Below, piece by piece: positions 53,545-64,000 of a DNA stretch of 64,000 nucleotides. The position numbers and the translations under genes were made by a program. This stretch comes from the human T2T-CHM13v2.0 reference genome, Homo sapiens. The stretch is taken from the NCBI RefSeq assembly GCF_009914755.1, contig NC_060947.1. One strand, given 5' to 3'. The notes below the pieces were generated by a model that searched no databases, had not been told where the DNA came from, and saw nothing but the letters and a program-made list of their open reading frames with translations. Each line of letters begins with the position of its first letter. Position 1 is the first letter of the stretch.

Positions 53545-56075
53545 TCACACAGTGTCTCCACCTCCGGGCCCAGAATTGAACCCAGAGCCCTGTCTGTCTG
53601 TCCCTCACTCCACCCCACCAACAAGTTCCAGACGTCCCGCCCCTGCTTTCCCGGGCAGAGGCATGGTATGAGCGTGGGGGACTGTTCCAGTAAAAAGAAA
53701 GTTTGTTTTTACAGTGGATGGATGATAGTGAGGCAAGTGTGTGCCAGTGCGTGTGTGTGGGGGTGGGGGGGGTGGGGAGTGGTGGTGAGCATGTAGTGAC
53801 TGAACCCCTCAGCCAAACCTTGTATGTAAGCCTCACCTGCACACATAAACTATTGAGAGGCATGAGCCCTTGGAACTCAGATGTACATCGCCAAACCCAG
53901 AGATGCCAGTGACATTGAGACTGACAGCCAACACAGGCTCAAAGCACATGAGCTCTGGAGCAGCACAGACACCCACACAGTCATTCAGCCAGCCAGGTGC
54001 CCATAGCGTGGGTCAGCAGCCAGCACTCCAGGGCAGCACACACTGGACACCCTTAGGCACACAATCAATACTTGGGCACACACCCAGGTTCCCTCCCCTC
54101 ACCCAAACCCACATCACCATCAGGGGAACACACACAACACAAAAGATTACCCGTCCAATCAAGAGACACACAACTCCACAGGCACACTCCACAGAACCGG
54201 GCACATACTCAACACACAGGCACACATAAAACACCCCTAGGCAAATGCACAGCAAATAAGGCCCTACACAACACACAGAGGTGTATGCACTTCTAGGTAT
54301 TCACATCACCACTGGGACCCGTAAGAGACCCACGCCACATTCCTGGGCATACAAAAAGTATATCTAGACACACACACAACATGCCTTGCCACATATACAA
54401 TACAGAGAGGCTACACACAACCAGAGACACCCACAACTCAGTTTGCAGAAAACATTCCTGGGCACTCCCACCCCAACACACATACAGTCACACATTCAGG
54501 CGAGAGGGATACCTCAAGTCTCCCCCGCTCCTGGATGGGGTAGAGGAAACCAGGTTGGACGGCCCTAGGCTCCCCGCTCCCTCCACCCCCACCCCCACAG
54601 CACAGCTGCACAGTGCCCCTCTGGTGGCCCTCCCTCTCGCTGACAAGGTAGAGAGATGGCATTCCCGGAGGGGCTGCTGGGGCGGTGGTGGTTCCCAGTT
54701 CCCGACAGGCACAGGAAGCCCGCAGACTCAGGGTGACCGATTGACCTTAAGGCCTCCCTCTGCACACCCCCCCTTCCTCATTTCCCAAATGACTGGCGTC
54801 ATTATGAGGTGGGCTGAGAGGCACGATGTTGGGACGGGGGTTTGGGGCATCTCTGGGCAGCGGGCCAGGGAAACGATGCCGAGGCGGATGCATACAGTAC
54901 CACCCAGGTGTGCGCACAGCACACAGAAGTGCATAATGCACTCAGTTACATATGCAACCCAGATCCGCTTTGCCGAGGCTGGTAGACAACTCCCAGAAGT
55001 AACACACAAAACACACAGGCACATGCTCGACTCTTAGCAATGGACACACAACACACCAGAGAGCTGTGCGTACACACCCATACCTCCCCCAACAACCCTG
55101 AGGTTTCTAGGTGCCTCTTTTCGTTAACTGTCCTTGTTTTCTCTGGACTTGAGCCTGAACACAACGCTCTGTATATGTGTGTGTGCCCATACATGTGTGC
55201 ATGCAGAGTGCTTTGAACTCTGACTCTGGGAGCTCCTGGAAAGCCCTAGGTCTGAATTTTGGCCTTTCTTCTTCCTAAGGCCATGAAGGACACAACCTCT
55301 CCCTGAGCCTCAGTTTCCCCATCTGCACAAAGAGCACAATGAGGCCCAAGCACCTGGTATGCTGTGGGCATTGTCAGGTGTCCGCTTTGCACATGCCTCC
55401 TGGACCCCCATGGGCCCCCACACCCATCCAGCTCCCCAGATGGTCACACACCCCTCCATGAACACCCCTCCCACTCTCCATTTCAAAACTGCACAATAAC
55501 CGGATCCACACGACTCCTCATGTAAACAGTCGGCAACACTCTGTGCTGACTCAGGTTTCAAAGAGTTGGCGTCAGAACCAGAGTCAGCGAGGGGCCAAGG
55601 CAGGACTTCCCCTGCCCTCACTTCTCCCTCGGAGGCACCAGGTTACTCAGCCCCGTCTCATTCACTCTCACTGTCCCACTTTCATAATCAGCTCCTACAG
55701 ATTTTTTTGGTTTACTTCCCTTCCTCCCTGTTTTTGTCGCCCCCCCACCCTCCCCCCACCACCCCGCAGCAGAGCCATTTCTTCATTCTCATTCCTGGGT
55801 AGGTCACTCAGCCCTTTTGTGTCTAAGTTTCCTCATCTGTATAATGAGAACATGAGCTATATCTAACTCACAGGGATATTGTGAGAAATAAGTTAGTTAT
55901 TTTGGGAAAAATGCTCTACATGGTATCGGGCATACAGTAAGCCTCGATCCTCAAGAAGTGTTGGGTACTCTTATTATTGGCTTAACATCTCTTCCTTAAC
56001 TAACATTAATGAACAAAGAGGCAATCGGGATTGATTAAATGAGATAATGTCTGTAAAAAGACTTTAGAACAGTGC

Positions 56076-56975
<900 letters not shown>

Positions 56976-57969
56976 CAGAATAGTGCTGGATACGCAGTAA
57001 GCACTCCATAAGGGCTGCTGGTAGTTTTTGTTGTGTTCTTGTTATTGGGCTATCATCCCTGAGTTAATCAAACTTAATTAGCAAGGGAGTATGGTGAGTG
57101 AATGAGATAATTTATACAAACACTTTAGCACATAGTACACAGAAAGTGCTCAATAAGTGGCTGCCATCATCACTACAATTATTATTATTGATCTATCCTC
57201 CTCGAATTAAGGATGTTAATCAGAACCCCAGGGAAGGTTCCTGCATTGTCAGAAAGCTGGTGGGCAAGGATTGCCCCACCCCACCCCCCACCAGGGGTAC
57301 AGGTCCATGGGGAGGGGGCAGGGCAGGATGGGGTGGGGATTAGTTTTCTACTGACCCACTCACTTGCTTCTTTCACCATCATTCATGGCCACCCCCTTCC
57401 CAATGCTCATTCATTCACCCGCACCATTCCCTGCTTGCTAGGACGGTGCCACTCCTGAGTTACAACCCTGGTGCCAGGTAGCCTCTGTTTGAATCCCGGC
57501 CATGCCCTGTGATCTTAGGAAAATTCTACAGTTCCTCTACGCCCCATATTTCCTCATCCGTAAAACGGGAATAAGAACCGGTACCCATCTCAGAGATTTG
57601 TTGTGAGCTTTGAGTGAGATAAACTATGCTGAGTGCCTGGTATACAGTAGGTGCTGTATAAATGCCGGCTATTTGCCTGTGTTATTTGAGACCCTGGCTT
57701 TGGCTCCTGGCCACCTGAGTTCCAGTCTCAGTTCTGCCATGTATTGACTCTGTGATCCTGGGTAAGTCACTTAACCACTCCGTGCCTCAGTTTCCCCATT
57801 TTGTATTCCTCCCCTTTCACCTGCCTTATCTCCCTCCACTGCTGCTACTTAATTTGTTTCCTCTCTGCCACCCCTCACCAGCATGTCAGACATACAAAAC
57901 AAGGGATTTTTGTGTGCTTGGCACACAGTAGATGCACAATAAATGTTGAAGGGCTGAACTAATTTGGGT

Positions 57970-58290
57970 TTGAGTCATAGGGAGCTTGGGGGATGTGGGT
58001 GATTGGATAGATTCTGGAGACTTTAGGGGACTGGGCCGGGGGAAATGCGGCCTCTAAGCTCTCCGCTGAGGCGGCTTGGAAGGAATAGTGACTGACGTGG
58101 AGGTGGGGGAGGTGGCTGGCCCGGGCGAGGCCCAGGGAGAGGGAGAGGAGGCGGGTGGGAGAGGAGGAGGGTGTATCTCCTTTCGTCGGCCCGCCCCTTG
58201 GCTTCTGCACTGATGGTGGGTGGATGAGTAATGCATCCAGGAAGCCTGGAGGCCTGTGGTTTCCGCACCCGCTGCCACCCCCGCCCCTAG
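57970..58290 (+). promoter_or_regulatory. TIMP1: TIMP1 promoter: AP-1/PEA3 module, UTE-1 (RUNX) element, GC boxes
   Basis: TGAGTCA at 57971; non-canonical AP-1 TGAGTAA 58225-58231 next to ETS CAGGAAG 58238-58244; TGTGGTTTCCG 58255-58265; CCGCCC boxes near 58191 and 58281; no TATA box. Confidence 0.88.
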
Positions 58291-58364
58291 CGTGGACATT
58301 TATCCTCTAGCGCTCAGGCCCTGCCGCCATCGCCGCAGATCCAGCGCCCAGAGAGACACCAGAG
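58290..58364 (+). other. TIMP1: TIMP1 non-coding exon 1 (5' end approximate)
   Basis: Donor AGAG|GTAAGC at 58364/58365, just downstream of the promoter elements. Confidence 0.85.
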
Positions 58365-58559
58365 GTAAGCAGGGCCCGGGGTGGCCCAGCAGGGACCGGA
58401 GCTGGGCTGCAGCTTGGGTGCTGGCCACCAGGCCCGTGCACTCCCGTGCCAGATGCCTGTCTACTCAGCTTGGCCTGCGGGTACCAGGACCCTGGGCTAG
58501 TCTAGGGGGAAGAGGGTCGGAGGCTGGAACTGCTTTCCCAACCCCGAGGCTCCAAACTC

Positions 58560-62581
<4,022 letters not shown>

Positions 62582-62657
62582 ATCCTGCCCGGAGTGGAAG
62601 CTGAAGCCTGCACAGTGTCCACCCTGTTCCCACTCCCATCTTTCTTCCGGACAATGA

Positions 62658-62663
62658 AATAAA
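62658..62663 (+). terminator. TIMP1: TIMP1 polyadenylation signal AATAAA
   Basis: AATAAA ~77 nt after the stop, followed by a GT-rich downstream element. Confidence 0.9.
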
Positions 62664-63318
62664 GAGTTACCACCCAGCAGACACTGTTTCTGTGTAGTGC
62701 CTGGGAACAAACCCATGTTGCTGATGACCTGGTGTGAGCACCCTGGGACCAGTGGGGATGAGGGATGCCAAATGTTGGGTTTTTATATTTTACTTAAATT
62801 CTGATGTACTGGTAGTAATTCTCAACATTGGCATTAGCACTGATGATCTGCAACAGCAGCAATGGTCACTGAACCTGCATTATCAACCGTAACCTCTGAA
62901 TAATTTCTCCAGCCAATACTTTAAAACATTTTCCTATACTGATTCCTAATTGCTATTTGCCCAGGGCTTTCTAGTTATAAATTATCCCACAGCTGACAAA
63001 TCACTGCCTTACTGGAAATTCCCCATTCACACATCTTGCCAGCTGACAGAGTCATTGACAAATGCCCTACCAATTGGCAAATGACTATCATTGCCTCAAG
63101 CACAGTCCTGATGTTGTCCAGTGAGGATGCCCCATCCAAACACGTGGGTGTTACTGTCCTCATCCTCAGGTTTTGTACCATGAGTCTGACTTGAGTGAAA
63201 GGGGACCCAGGGCACCCAGAGTCCCACAGTAACCCAGCTGGGGACTTGGGAAGAAGGGGTGGCCCTGGCTCCCCAGCCATGGCTGCAGGACATTCCTTGG
63301 AAGGGACTGTTTGGGGCA

Positions 63319-63395
63319 GAGGAGAGGTGGGATGGAGAGAAGGTATGAGCTAAAAATCCCCAAGCTCTGCCATCCTCCCTCCCCTACTTCTCCCC
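63319..63395 (+). ncRNA. MIR4769: miR-4769 precursor hairpin
   Basis: Purine-rich arm GGTGGGATGGAGAGAAGGTATGAG (from 63326) and partly complementary pyrimidine-rich arm TCTGCCATCCTCCCTCCCCTAC (from 63366); matches my recollection of hsa-mir-4769. Confidence 0.75.
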
Positions 63396-64000
63396 TCACT
63401 CCTCTGACCAACTTGGAAGGAAATACTGACAGCAATGAAATGCAGGTAGGGTTCAAAATTAAGACCAGCCAGATATGCTGGCCCATACCCTCCACACACC
63501 TCCCTCAACCCAACTGTCCCCTCACCCAAACTAGGGTCTCTAGACTCGACCCTCACCTTTATGAATCATCCTTTCTCTAGAAAAACTGAGTGAGAGAACC
63601 TCCAAATACTCCCCTCTGAGGCCTTCCTGCTTCCACAGCGGGGTCCAGTCCCTGGCTCCTGCCCCTCATACTCCAAAGGTCTTGACTCAAGTGAGGCCCT
63701 TGGGAACTAGAATTTCAGACTGGTGCAAACATTCAATGGAGCACCTGTGTCCTCCTGACCTGAACGTGCTTGAAAAGGGCCCCAATATATCTCCTTTGGT
63801 AAAGAAAAGGACCCCCAAATTCCCTCTCATCAGAGTACCCACTGCTCTTACCAGTAAGAACCCAGGTCTCCTCCAGGGCATTCTAGGTCACCAAGCACAG
63901 CCCCCTGGATCTTCTGTGGTCCTGTCCCAGAGCCTTTTACACTCCTGGGAGGTTACCCCACGGCCCAAATTATGTCCCGGATGGGAATGGGCAGATTTTG

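Overview
Human genomic DNA, recognisable as the X-chromosome (Xp11) ARAF-SYN1-TIMP1 locus. Positions ~0.65-36.5 kb are an Alu-dense intergenic stretch built on old L1, L2, MIR, MLT/MST/LTR and MER/Tigger elements; nearly all ORF-track entries there are Alu artefacts. Then come: the complete 16-exon ARAF gene (+; CpG-island promoter ~36.85-37.5 kb; spliced CDS 38858-47347 = 606 aa, reconstructed exon by exon); the 3' part of SYN1 (-; exons 6-13, with Ia/Ib alternative acceptors) tail-to-tail with ARAF; the complete TIMP1 gene (+; 207 aa) nested antisense in SYN1 intron 5; and the MIR4769 hairpin. Items worth a second look: a minor-spliceosome-like ARAF intron with non-canonical GT-GG ends, two ARAF uORFs, intron-retention stops that build truncated ARAF isoforms, a shared ARAF/SYN1 3'-end element, a two-variant 17-bp minisatellite in an LTR within TIMP1, and, as the best candidate for something undescribed, a run of short canonical GT-AG introns on the minus strand at 1-530 that looks like a decayed intron-containing gene. 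Repeat boundaries and subfamily names were read by eye and are approximate.
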